Shown here piece by piece: positions 25,375-38,016 of a DNA stretch of 64,000 nucleotides. The DNA is taken from NCBI GenBank assembly GCA_010093605.1, contig MU004181.1, positions 3,410,001 to 3,474,000 of the forward strand. Direction: 5' to 3'. The notes under the pieces were generated by a model. That model was not told where the DNA came from and did no database searches. It saw nothing but the letters and a program-made list of their open reading frames with translations. The position numbers and the translations under genes were made by a program. Each line of letters opens with the position of its first letter. Position 1 is the first letter of the stretch. The DNA is from Lophium mytilinum. Its lineage: Eukaryota.

Positions 25375-27710
25375 TATGGCGGTTGGAGTTGATGATAATG
25401 ATACGAGGTGATGAAATAAATTGAATGAGCGTTGAGCTTCGGGGGTAAACTGAAGCGACCTGCGCAGGAAAGAAAGTAATTATGAGAGAAGAAGAGAAGA
25501 GGAGCGACTTCAAGTTGCTATGATGAGCGATATTGATGTTACCTGCGGATCCTAGGGCTTAAGTATTTTTCTGGAGACTTTTAGCGCTGCCCCAGAAGCT
25601 TGACCACCGACAAGCTTCCGCTGTCTGATTGTCAGCGTCTTGCCTAGACCAGACGCCCTCACTTGCCCCTGCCAACATGTAGCTCCGGATAGTTGGCACT
25701 CTGTATGAGAACTGGAAAGATCGAACCTCGCTGAGACAGTCACGAGAACGAACAAAAGCCAGATGGAAGGAGAGCGCTTAGGGCTATACCAGGGCAAGCT
25801 GGACTCTGAGCCTTGGCTGCAAGGCTACCATAGCAAGTTTAGTAAGGCGAATTCCAGATGCAGAACTGAATGCCCAATCGACTTCGCACTTGACAATTAA
25901 GAGAAGGTCAAGGCGAAGGGGGCAAACGCATTGACCGTTTGTGGCGTTTCGGCCGGCCCCAAAGTCGTATCCTAATCTGATTCAAAACGCATGGCTGCGA
26001 CCGAGAGGTTTGAAAGAATGGACCTATAAGGAGGAGAACTTCACAGAAGCATCCGAGGCTGCTCAGTTCGACTAGGGCGGACATGGGGTTCCGTTGACTT
26101 AGAGCTTTCGGAAGGTTTCGCAGTCCCTAGCCGACTGAGGCGCAGCTCTCTCATGTTGTCCAAAACACAAGGGATCATAGAAGATCCGAGAAAACCGAGA
26201 AACGTTGGAGAGGCCGCTTGCTATACATGGAACCAAAGGGATGATGTTCGGCGGTTATTCACCGCCTGTGTCGAAGAAAGGTGACTGCGATGTAGAAAGC
26301 CAAAGACGAGACTCAGCACCATTGATGGTCACATAAAAATTCAAGTGCTTAAAGTGGCGCGCCTAATGGTAGTGCTGAAAAGAAACACTGCCCTATCTTG
26401 CTACCATGGCGTCGTTACTGAGAGAGTCAGTAGTACGTCTCATGCTTGGTGAGCTAAATGGTCCCTCTGCGTGTCTAGCCACACTATCACAAACGGACTC
26501 AGAGAGGAAGAAGATAGAGAAGCTCAAAACAATAGGGCGATCCTCGTCAAACTATCCGCCCGTAAGGCCCCTGCTAAAGCTTAGGAGAATGGCTAAACAG
26601 AGGTAGTTGCAAGTCAAAGCCAGCGGAAGATCGCGGCTAGCTTCGTCGAGGCTTGGAAACAAGCCCGAGCCTAAATTTGCTGGCGAAGCGTTTCAGAGGG
26701 CAGAACAGTAGGTTGTGGCGGACAGCGAGAGATGAAACTGGAGAAGGGAAGTCGTTTGGAATCTGAGGTTGAGCTGGCGGCTTGGCACACGTGACTCATC
26801 TGCTTCATCTCATCCCCGTGCTGATCTTCGACATGGGTAGCGGATCTGGTGGGTGATCACCAAAGCGGGTCTTATCAGTACATCCAAATCATAGAGATTG
26901 GGGCATTCGGACCGTGCAACAGCTCATGAATAATTGATCATACTGCTTTGTATCGGGGGCCGTAGCTTTAGGCCTCAAAACCTATTCGGAATCTCCGTCA
27001 AAGTTGCATAATTCGAAACCGCATCCGAGAACCCAGCTACTCCTACCCGCGGATGTCTCATAACCCTCTTCAGAAGAGAACGGCGAAACGCCACATGAGC
27101 CATGACCATCCTAGATCCCTACCCGACACAGAAGCAGCCAAAGAGATCGTGTCTCACTAGCAACGGCCCGAGGCACAGATCGCAGATGCCAGATTAAGTT
27201 ATACAGCAGTTCACTACGTCCGGTGACCTAGCGCGAAAACTGAGACGACCCCAGTCGACCACTTTTCCGGGCTAATGGTGATTTGGCTCAAAGACTGATT
27301 GGCTAGGAGGCTGCTAATTACCCTTAAGGCCGGCCGGAAAAGCTACCTTAAATGGTAAGTCTGTGGCTTGATTTTAGCGCTTGTTCACCGGACGTGGTGA
27401 ATTGCTGTACTGCACGTCTATTCTAATCTGTGTACACCTATCTGCCACCGCTGAAGGTGGCATGGCAGCACACCAGGCTTATCAAAACCATAGTTCTGAG
27501 ATGCACACAGATGTATAGAAAAAATCAGGTGGTATCATGGGCATAAGCCACTTATCGAATTGAGCCAGCCACCACGTCTACAGCTTCTAACATTACCCCA
27601 TATCCCTCCCACACGCGCACGACCTTCCTATATACACCAGTCGTCCCCCCTCCCCTCCCTTCCCCTTTCCCATCCCTCAAAGCCCCGCTTCAAAACCCCC
27701 TCAACCCCCT

Positions 27711-28169
27711 TCACAACTTCGCCTTCCCCGCCCTCTTAACCTCTCTCTCCACCGCCTCCTTCCCCTTCCCGGCGACCTCCTCATCCTGCGCCGGCGTCCC
27801 CGTCGAGCACCCAATCGCCCCCAACACCCTGCCCTCCGCATCCACAATCGGCACCCCGCCGCCCACCGTCAAAAACCGTCCGCCATTGCTATTCCAGATC
27901 CCAAACGCCGCGCCCCCGGGCCACACGGCCTCTTTATACACCGACGTCGGCGCGCGGTGGCCGGCTGCTGTGAATGCCTTGTCGATGGCGATGGAGATGC
28001 TGGTCAGCTTCGCGCCGTCCATGCGGTGGAAGGCCAGCAGGTGCGTCGCGCTGTCCACGATGGCGATGTTCATGGGCACGCCGATGGCGGTGGCATGGGC
28101 GGCGGCGGCGGCAAGGGCGGTTTGCGCGCCTGCGAGGGTGAGAGTGGGTGTTGTGGTTGTGGGAGGCAT
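27711..28169 (-). CDS. DUF336 / GlcG-HbpS-like putative heme-binding protein
   Basis: Intronless 152-aa ORF with MNIAIVD..HLLAFHRMDGA, SIAIDKAFTA and GGGVPIV....VLGAIGCS.G...QDEEVA. It ends in AKL. Confidence 0.88.
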   Translation of the reverse strand: MPPTTTTPTLTLAGAQTALAAAAAHATAIGVPMNIAIVDSATHLLAFHRMDGAKLTSISIAIDKAFTAAGHRAPTSVYKEAVWPGGAAFGIWNSNGGRFLTVGGGVPIVDAEGRVLGAIGCSTGTPAQDEEVAGKGKEAVEREVKRAGKAKL

Positions 28170-28903
28170 TGTTTGGCAAGGGATGCGTTTGGCGAGGGGT
28201 TGAGGAGGGGGTTGGGTGGGTTTCTTGAGGGTGGACGTATGTATAGAAACTATAGTGTAGAGTAGTATGAGCGTAGTCGAGGTGTCTCGAGCTCGCTGTG
28301 GTGACTGGGGGATTACATGTTGGTGGTGGTTGTGAGAGAAGATTGAACGGAGGCGTCATGCGTTTATCGCCGGACCTCGGGATGTCGATAGTGGGCTCAG
28401 GAATGCGGGCGGGATCAGATGTGCAAGGAAGGTTTACCGACTCAACCTCCGAGAAATGCGTCGTTCTACGGTGTGCACGAATACGATGGTAAACTGGATT
28501 CGAGACCACATCAGAGGTTCCAGCAAATGCAAATTCTCACAACTGTGTAGAATTGAATCAGGGTATCAGGGGCTGTACCGCCCAAAGTCACGCATGACTT
28601 GTTATGAACCTCGTCCGTCAAGATGTATCCTACAAGCGAACCACATCAACTGTACCAGAATATCAACAGCCGAGTCGCCCTGAAAACATATTCTGGTAAA
28701 GTGATCGAATCCTTTCCCACCCAATAAGTACCAGCCATGTTCAATATGGATTGGTATGACAGACATTGCTTCGCCCACATGAAAAGTGTCGAATATACCG
28801 CAGTCCAAAGCCCAAGAGAAGACAATGATCCACGCGTTCATCCGGCCACTTCATCAAGACCACCCATATGTAGTCCTGCAAGCTCAGCGTTTACGCCCCA
28901 TGA

Positions 28904-31711
28904 TTAAGCATTCATCCAGGGATCTTCATCGTCTGCGACGTCGTAGTCCATGTCTGCAGATCTGAAGTCGGTGCCGCCGTTGCCAAACTCCTCCATCTTT
29001 GTGTCATCCTCGACAATCTCGTCTTGCTTCGACGAAGTCGAATCCTCGGTAGTCAGAGTGATTGGCGGATTCGCAACCCAGGACAGCTCAACGTGTCCGA
29101 TGTTGGGAATCTTGGAGGCCGCACCAATGAACTTTCTTCTTGTTAACATTACCCAAACAGAATATGCAAGGGGACTTACCCCTTCAGCGATGTAGCGCTC
29201 CTTGAAGACTACAACTTGCGCGTCTTGACGATCGGGGTGTGGCTCAATACTCTCGAAATCGAAATTGTTCTAGAAGAAGTCAGCATCAGCTCTAGGCCTC
29301 CAAGGGCAATTAAGGAGAGAGTTAGTAGGTCCTGCTGTTCAGTAAGTGTTCCAAATGGCTCAACCTCTCCCCAATCTGTATCACTCGCTCCTCACTTCTA
29401 TCCTCGAGGTCTCCTTTACCGTCTGCAGATGCCGCCCGTTTTGCTTCCACCCTCCCCAGATTTCCAAATTCCAGTTGCTGTTTGTAAGCCATCCTTTTCT
29501 TTCCGTCCTCCCCAAAACGCCCTGCCGTCTTACCGAAGTATGGGCCCTCAGCCCATCCAGCCACACGCCAGATATCATGAAGCAAACGCCATGTGCAGAG
29601 AAGAAAAGGAAATGGAGTGTGAGCCTTACCAGAAGATATTGGCGCAGCGCTTCATCCTGCGCAGTTCCTGCCTCTACACCAGCAACGGCGACTCGCTTAG
29701 GTCGGTTGTCGAGCCGCTTGACTCCTCCGCGAGCTCCATACGGAGCGCCGGTGAAGCCTCCGCGACCGCGGTACGAAGAAGCGTAGCCCCGTCCACGTCC
29801 AACGTATCCTCTAGCTCGATATGAGCCACGTCCCCTGCCGTGCCAGCCTGCTGCGGTGTGTTTAGCATCGTCTTCGGGATCCAAACCTAGCCCTTCGGCT
29901 TCGGCCTGTAATTCTGCGAGCTTCGCTTGAAGAGCATCTTGCTTACTACCGCTGACGTCTACATTGATAGAGTCATCCTCCGAGAGATCGTTAGTCGCAA
30001 CAGTGCCTTGCTTCGCAGCCAATTTCTCGAGCAACCGCTTCTTTTCCTCAGCGGCCTTCTTGATCAGCGCTTCAGCTTCTTTGCGCTTCTCCTCTATTTC
30101 TTGGCGTTTCTTGGTCTTCTCCTCGTACAACGCCTGTGCTTCGGCCTGTTTTCGCTGGACCTCTTCAGGATCAATCATCTCTTCGTCAATCTTGGAGCCT
30201 CCTGGCGACCGGACTTTTGGAGCTCCATTGGAATGGATTGGAGGAGTCGGCACAGAATCTGGCTTGTACCAGTACACTTTGACGAAGCGATTGTCGAAAA
30301 TGACTTTTGGGCTGTCGTAAGCACTCTTCGCGGCGAAATGATCATCGAACTTGACAATGGCAAGGCGCTTGTACGCCTGCATCTGGACGTCCACGATGTT
30401 CCCGAATTCAGAGAAGAATTCGCGGACCTGTTTCTCCTCAAACTTCTCCTCCGGGATCTGCTCAACAACAATTGTAGTACTTGACCGATCATTCAGATAA
30501 CCTGAGAATGAGAATGGAGCTCGGCCTCGGTTGGCGGTGAAAGCGCCTCTGTCGCCACGTCCACGTCCGCGGCCCCGACCTCTATACTCGAAAGAGTCAC
30601 GTCCGTTCATACCTTGCTGCGGCTCAACCGCGAGTGACGCCTTGTTGGGATCGTATTCTGGTACGGTGGGATCAGCTGTGCGTAAACCTGGGAAATGAGT
30701 TGGAAAGAATGGTAAAACATAAGTACCGTCAGCCGAAGGCGGAACGACTATGTGATCTTCGCCATGCTCGTATGGGCAGACGCTACCGCGGGCACAGAAG
30801 CCCTTGGTATCGTAGTCACTGCATCTCTCCTTCTTGGGTACTTGCAGATTTTGTCCAGGGGAACCGGCAGGACCAAATCCGGTAGGAGAGTTAGCTAGTG
30901 GCATCTGTGGAACTCCCAATCCTGGAACTGGAAAGCCCATTGCGTGCATCGCCATCATTGCAGCCATAGGATTGTTGGGATCGAAAGATGGAAAGCCGGG
31001 TGGAGCAGTGGGCATCATAGGTATGTTTGTCATATTCGACATAGCGGGCACGCCCCTGAGCCCTGGCATACCTGCCATGGGGAAGGGGAACTCGGGGCCT
31101 CCGAAAGCTCCTCGACCGTTATGTCCGCCACGGCGCATTTGTTTGACCGCCCTGTTGCTGCCAGCCCCGCGGCCGTAGTGGTTGTCGCGACCATCTCGAG
31201 GTTCGCTGGGCTCTCGCTCGTCGAATGTGCGCTTTCGAGGTCCTTCAATTGACGATAGTCCAGGGATAGGGACGTCCTTATTCTTCAGAGCCGCCGGGCC
31301 GGTAGGAGGGTTGAAGGTCGGGGCAGTTGCAGATAGTTTGGGCGCAGTAGGAGGAACGTAATCAGGCCGGTAAGATTTCTCGCGAACAACCGTGAGCATC
31401 TCGTCAACGAATCCAACGGTATCTAAGGCTAGGTTAGCTATCTTGTTACGACCAGTGCCTTCGGCGAGCTTCTTACTATCATGGAGGAAGTCCCCCAAGT
31501 TGTCGAGACAGCTCTTCCGGATATGCTCGTCGCTGCCATCGCTGCGGATAAGAGCGAGGATGTAGTCGCCTAAGACCTCAGAATCTGCATCTGAGCTGCA
31601 TATCCAGTTAGTACATTTCTATATGGTCCGCCGTGGGAGAACTCACACTTCTTCAAGCTTCGGGATGATCCAGTGCTTAAGCGGCACCAAATCGTCTTCC
31701 GACACGAACAT
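28904..31711 (-). CDS. RBM26/RBM27 (Rmn1)-like RNA-binding protein: PWI, CCCH zinc finger, RRM(s)
   Basis: MFVSEDDLVPLKHWIIPKLEE|SSDADSEVLGDYILAL (PWI), CSDYDTKGFCARGSVCPYEH (CCCH), TTIVVEQIPEE...FSEFGNI...IFDNRFVKVYW (RRM). RGG repeats and LDNRPK follow. About 5 introns. Confidence 0.88.
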
Positions 31712-32800
31712 GGTGTCTGTCGAGTCGCGCGGCGTAGCAAATTGGTGGTGCAGGCGTCTCAGAGAGAAGAGAGAAAGTCGAGCTCGTGCGGATCGGCGCG
31801 AGGCTTGTAGGGTGGAATTGCCACGCGAGAAAGTGTCTCCAGCACTTGCGCAAGCTGCCTGCGGGGTCGCGAGCAGGTTGCGGTGGTGTTGGGTTTCGCG
31901 CGGTGGTGGTGGTGGGTGCGAAGAGACGCGAAACCGTCATGTAGGATTTCACGTGGCAGGTCACGTGCGTAGAGATAGATTGATAAGATTGATAAGACCG
32001 ATCTTTAGCGTCTTTCTGTTTCGGCTTAGCGGTTTTTCTGCTCTTATGTAATCGCTCTCCAAACCCCCTACAAAAAAAATGTACGCTGCTTCTCACTCTA
32101 CTTTCTTGTCCCATGCATTCCTACCAGATCCCTCCCCTTTCAAATTCCAACTTGGTGAAGGCTTGCGTTGCGCTGCATGCTACAGCTCATTCTCTGCCTC
32201 TTCACTGCTTTACTGCCTCATCTGGTACAGAACACTCTAGTAGCAGCTCGGCGAAGAGCTACGTCCTGTTTATTAGCCTACCTGGCTACAACGTCGATAG
32301 GACGTGCAATAGATGCATTCACCCCGTCTACGTGCCTGCTGAGTTAGCTACGCTACCTGCCAGTGACACCGCGACCCCTCCAATCAGAGAAAGCAAGAGT
32401 CCTAATCAGTGCAAGCCATTCCTGCACGTCTAACATAAGCAGTGAAATGTATTTGATTTTACATAAGCATAAGTTACCGTGTCGCTGCCCAGCATGTGGC
32501 TGTTAGGGCTGTGGCTGTGCGGTATGATTGTGGATTAGCGGATTTTCGCCTCGTAAAAGGTCATGCCTGCCCGTCTTCAGTCCTTCCAAGAAACAACCCA
32601 TCGAAATTCTGGTAACCAATTCAAGCAACCCCGTTCAGACATGTATCTTCATCTCAACTCATCCAGTCCTCTCTGATATAGAGAACATCGACGTTATAAG
32701 ACTAAACGGTGCACTTCCTGCTAGCTTCAGCCTTCCAGCCTATTCACCAACCTTTTAGTTTTGTAGTTCCAATTTTTTCCCATTTCAGGCATTGTACGAA

Positions 32801-34651
32801 ATGTGCTTTTATGAACAGCTCCGATTCGCGTGTGGTGACTGGAAATGGGGTCACTTCAGACAGCATTGTAACAGGGAACACCGGATGGGCGAAACTTGTG
32901 GGATAAAAATGATCCATCATACAACGCAACGGCCTTCGAAATGCAAGGTTTGTGAGAAATTGGACAGGAAGCTTCGCAAAATCGGGACAGAATTGGACAG
33001 AATCCGCCGCTGGAATCGCGAGGGTCGGAACCCGGCCTCAATTGAGAGGTCCAGGGATACCATCCAAGAGCTGGACCATGAGTACGAAAATATCAATGTC
33101 GAGATCTCCTCTCGTTGGGGATGGTCTGGTATGAATGGGCAACTAGAGCGAGCAGAGCCAGAAATGGCTTGTATAGGGCCAAAGATGGACGTTTACCAGC
33201 GAACTTGTGGTACATTAGCGCCACAGTCACGAGACCTGATTCAAGCATTTACCGATAGCATGCGTCAAAAGGCTTTAAGACAAGCGGAGATCGAGAAAAG
33301 GCTTGATATGCTTGTTCTACGAACCATGTCACTAGGTTTCGACACCGATGACGAAAGTCCGCAATATAACTACAATACGCCTAATACTATATCGAAGAAC
33401 CCGATACTGGCGCCGTAAGAGCGTACTACACCACGTTTTGAGGATATTACTTATACTGTAAATAGAGAAACCCTCCATCGAGTACGATCAATCGAGCAAC
33501 AAAAACAACCCATACTACCGCAGAGGCAAGGCCCGACTGTACCTGTTGTTCGGCAGCCTCTTACTATTCACGCAAGCCGACTTCACCCTCCAATCGATCT
33601 CTCTTGCCAACAAATCAGGCTGCTTGAATTGACATCAGCTCCCGGGGCAAAGGATATAGCAGGAAATTTTCACTGCGTCAACATTTCCGACAGCCCCCGC
33701 TATGTCGCCTTATCATATACGTGGGGAGCTTATGGAAATGAGAAACATATTTTAGTTGACGGTAAAGTGCTCCAAGTTAGAGATAACTTATGGTCATTCT
33801 TATACCATCGCGCATCGCATGCTTCGGAGAATTTATACCTTTACTGGATTGACGCCATCTGTATAGACCAGGACAATCACAAGGAGCGCAATCATCAAGT
33901 TGGCCTAATGAGGCAGATTTATTCAACAGCCTCACTCGTACTGATATGGCTTGGCCAAGAGAAGGACGATAGTGATGCCGCTATGGAATTTGTTGCGGTG
34001 GAAAGTTTGAAACCACTCAAACGGAAGGGGAGCGGGTACAAAGCGCTCTGGACAAGGCGGCAAGCGAAGGCACTATCAATTTTGAGCGAAAGATCTTACT
34101 GGAGACGCGTTTGGATTATTCAAGAGGTCGTTAACGCAAACCGTATTGTCGTGAGCTGCGGAACGAAAACCTTTGAATGGCGAGCGCTCGAAAACATGTA
34201 TCACAAGCTCAAGATTCTTGATCTAAGTGGATGGATCCAATATCACGAATTCGCCACCGGAATCTTCACAGGCGCTGCCATGGCTATAGTCTGGCAAAGA
34301 GCTCATTTCAGACACCCCGATACCCCAACACCCAGGTTGCGAGCTTTGCTACTAGCTTTTCAACACTCGCAATGCTCCGACAGCCGCGACAAAGTATATG
34401 GCTTACTAGGTCTAATTAGTGCGGCTACGAGTAACTCAGTGGACTATACCCTGACAACTGAGCAGCTCTATGAGCGTGTTGTAGCTTTAGAATGCTCACT
34501 AGACACAAGTAACAGTCGGTTACGCAAAGATGACATGCGGTTTTGTAAAATGCTTCGGCGATCATTGAGACTTCCCGAATGGTCAGTGATCGGCACAATG
34601 CAAATTGCTGACGATATGGACGATCTGAACGAGAGGTGGGACAGAGTTTAA
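32801..34651 (+). CDS. HET-domain protein, probably fused to an N-terminal Cys-rich domain via intron 33415-33465
   Basis: Exon 1: MCFYEQLRFACGDWKWGHFRQHCNREHRMGETCG...CKVC. Exon 2 HET motifs: QIRLLEL, YVALSYTWG, WIDAICIDQD...ERNHQVGLMRQIYSTA, YWRRVWIIQEV, DSRDKVYGLLGL. The GTAAGA...TAG intron keeps the frame (599 aa). Confidence 0.75.
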
Positions 34652-35579
34652 GTTCTCGTGGAACTTGGCAAACGCCGAGTCTGATTTTGGTTAGCATACC
34701 TATCTTCATTTCGCTGTGGTGCTAGTGTAATGCACCCCTTGTGAATAACATAGAATGCTGTTTAAAGTGGAGCTCGTCCGTGCGATTCGAAATCGATTCA
34801 GGCATACTATTGGCCCAGCTCGTATATTGAACCATGAGAAGTGGATTAGTTTTGGTGCTGTAAGAAGTGTAAAGTGGGAAAAGTCCGTGCAATTGAAAGT
34901 CGATCATGGCACAATATTGCTGTACGCCTTGAATCGAACCTTGTTCTCTAGGTTGATCTCAATACTGTGAGATGTATCATCGGGAGTCAGCAGCCTTCCA
35001 GTACTGGTTATATTAGGGCATGATTATGTATTTAACTTCGATTATTTTAGATAACGCTGTCTTTGACGACTTCCATGTGCAAAAGCTCCCTCAAGCCATA
35101 TACTTATTAGTCATCCAATGTCCACATGGTTTGTAGACTAGGAAGCACTTCGGGTGCTACACAAGGTCAAAGCGATAGAACAATCTGACATGGTATCTAG
35201 AGCTAGGCAATATGGGTCTAGCGCGGCTCCTTCGTCAAACGTTCCCCACTGCTGCCTGACCTGACTGATCAAAAGCATCAAGATATCAGGACATTTCGAA
35301 GACTTATCCTGTCTAGTCGACTACGTGCTTTCTCTATTACCTTTACCATCCTCTGAACCCGGCGCAGTGCACTGAGGACCCTCTTAGAACACAGTCTTAG
35401 CTCTTCTCAACCCCGCAGCCATCATCCTATCGATACGTCCCGAGGTCCCGTGCGATCTTGGCCACATTTGCAATACCTCGACCAATGTGACAAACAGAGC
35501 TAAAAGCTTTGGAACGTTACACCCGGCCACGTTCAAGAAAGGTATAGGCATTGATGTAAGGATCTGGCCTACGTAAATC

Positions 35580-38016
35580 ATGTCGGCTACCGAGGGGAGT
35601 AGCCATGCTGGCGACAATGCTCCCCAAAAACCATCTGACCAGCAATTAAACCGAGCCTGCGAACCATGTAGGCTGTCGAAAGTACGCTGCCTCATAGATC
35701 CTGGGTCGTCAACATGTCAACGCTGCGCGAAAGCAAAACGGACGTGTGTCTTCGTCGCGCCCCAAAAGAGGCGACAGCGTAAACGAACCGACGTAAGAGT
35801 CGCAGAACTTGAGCGTGAAGTAAGACAGATGCGTGCTCTTCTAAAAGCGTCTAAGATATCCCACGGTATTCAAGAAACAGAAGAACTCGACGACTCCAAT
35901 TCGGACGATCAAGAGAGCACGCCAGACCCAACACCAGACCCGGCATCCGTCAAACTACCCTCACTAACGCACCTCCCCTGGGGAAGGGAGTCTCCCCTTC
36001 AACCACCTGTAGAGTCTCCTGGGGCTTCGGAATCCGAAATGGCGTCCGATATCGTCTCACGTGGTCTCATAACCATGGACATGGCCAACGAGTTCCTAGA
36101 TTTGTACAGAGATGAGCTCTGTGACTACTACCCTGGAACGCTCATACCGAGTGCTTGTACTGCCAGCGAGCTCAGACAGTCCAAGCCAGTCCTCTTCTTA
36201 TCGATCATGGCAGCAACTAGCCAGTCGAAAGGCTTCGAGTTATCCGAGCGTCTTTTTGCAGAAGTATTGAAGGTTTATGCGGATCGCATCTTCATCAAAG
36301 GGGAAAAGAGGCTTGAATATGTGCAAGCACTAGTCAATACAATTTGCTACTATACGGCGCCCGGCACACAAGCTCAACTGCAGTTTTATCAGTACTCGAA
36401 CATGGCAGCTACAATGGCGATCGAGATTGGAATTGCTTCAAAACCTCGAACCCATAAGCAACTACCAGAGAAACATGGTGGAGATTTGGTACCAGTGTCA
36501 TCTCCAGATGGGCTCTTGGAGAACTGCCGAACTATACTGCTATGCTATCTTTTGACGGCAGGGTAAGTTTCATCTGCGTTTGATCTTTGCGGCCACTACT
36601 GATCTGGCTAGATTATCGATGAGACTACGCAGGCCCAATATTCTTGTATTCAATAGCTGGATGGCTGAGTGTATGAGCTTACTAGAGACATCGCCCATTC
36701 TGGCAGACAAGCAAGTATGCGCATGGTGAGCAAGCCAAACCCGTCGACTCTCGACTAGTGTAGCTGATATAGAGTGTTGTAGGGTCAAATTGCAGCGAAT
36801 AGCAGACGAGGCTACAACGGCATTTGGGTTCGACGACGCAAGCACAAGCTTTGGCCTCACAGAGTTACGCATGCAAGTCGTTCTCCGCGAATTCGAACGG
36901 AAGATGGACGCGTGGATGAGACAAACTCCGCCCGATGTCATGAATCGTAAGTTACCCAATCTTCTCTAGAAGCTTTCGGAGCTGATTTTTCATTAGTGTC
37001 TATGCGCATATCATATCAGCAAAACATAATCATGATGTGGGATTTCGCAATTGACGAAGGAAAGCACGATGCTCCCAATTTTCGGAACAAATACTTCACT
37101 TTACCATCCCTCGATCAGCCGCCGGATCAACTTGAGAAGACGACGCCCCTGAAGTCCCTTCAAATCACCGCGACCTTGAAGTGTATGGATGCTTCCCAAT
37201 CACTCCTGGATGAATTTCTCAGTCTTTCGCCTAAAGAACTGCAAAATGTGCCAAATGTTTTTTTTGTTCGGGCAGTCTTTTCTCTAGTAGTCCTCATGAA
37301 AGCGGACTACGCTCTGGGGACCAACCAAGAAGGCCTCGGCGAATTGATGGATGGGCAGAGCCTGAAGCTCGACTACTACCTCAACACCGTCGTCAGTCGT
37401 ATCACCGAAACGATCGGACCCCAGGTTTGCGTAAGTAATCTACCATGCCGCCGAGAGTCTCGCTGCAGTTCTCCCTTACTGACATTGGCCTCCTCAGCGC
37501 GTGCCGTCTCATTGGCTCAATGTGATAAATACGAGAATCTTACCATGGTACGAACAATACCAGCAAGTTCGACATTCCCGAAATGCATCTCCTCAGCAAG
37601 CAGTAACCGTAGAGAGTCACGACCCAACATCTCATTCCAACCCGCCTCCCGCACCTATCGTCTACCCTACGGGTGCGTTCGTGGCTTTTCCAGGGGGCCG
37701 CTCCGTCTCACTTTCCATCACGGGATCTGATCTAACGCCATCAACTTCCGCTACTGGTGGCCACGAACACCTGACCTTTCCGAAATCGCCAGCGAATATG
37801 GATCAAGCCCCAAACTTTGACTCCCAATGGAACTTTTTGGCGGATGATTCGACTTATGTGGCAGAAAAGCCTGCCTTTCCAGCAGATATGAACACCTTGT
37901 TCGACCAGGGAGACCTTTACTTCTGGAACGACGAGATGGACCTTAGCGGGACGTGGATGCCACCAGGCAACGGCTTCGACAACCTGCAGTCTCAATATCC
38001 ACCACAGGGCTCTTGA
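35580..38016 (+). CDS. Zn(II)2Cys6 fungal transcription factor
   Basis: RACEPCRLSKVRCLIDPGSSTCQRCAKAKRTC, followed by RVAELE and a middle homology region (ELRQSKPVLFLSIMAA, ENCRTILLCY). About 4 introns. Confidence 0.9.

Noticed and set aside
25375..27710. Telomerase RNA candidate in the long intergenic interval
   Set aside because: No TAACCCTAA-type template was found on either strand.
27645..27710. C-rich runs (G-quadruplex-like on the minus strand) after the DUF336 stop
   Set aside because: Low-complexity 3' UTR sequence with no evidence of function.
29927..31252. Long + strand ORFs opposite the RBM26-like gene (similar antisense ORFs occur over other genes)
   Set aside because: These are antisense shadows caused by the codon bias of the real gene.
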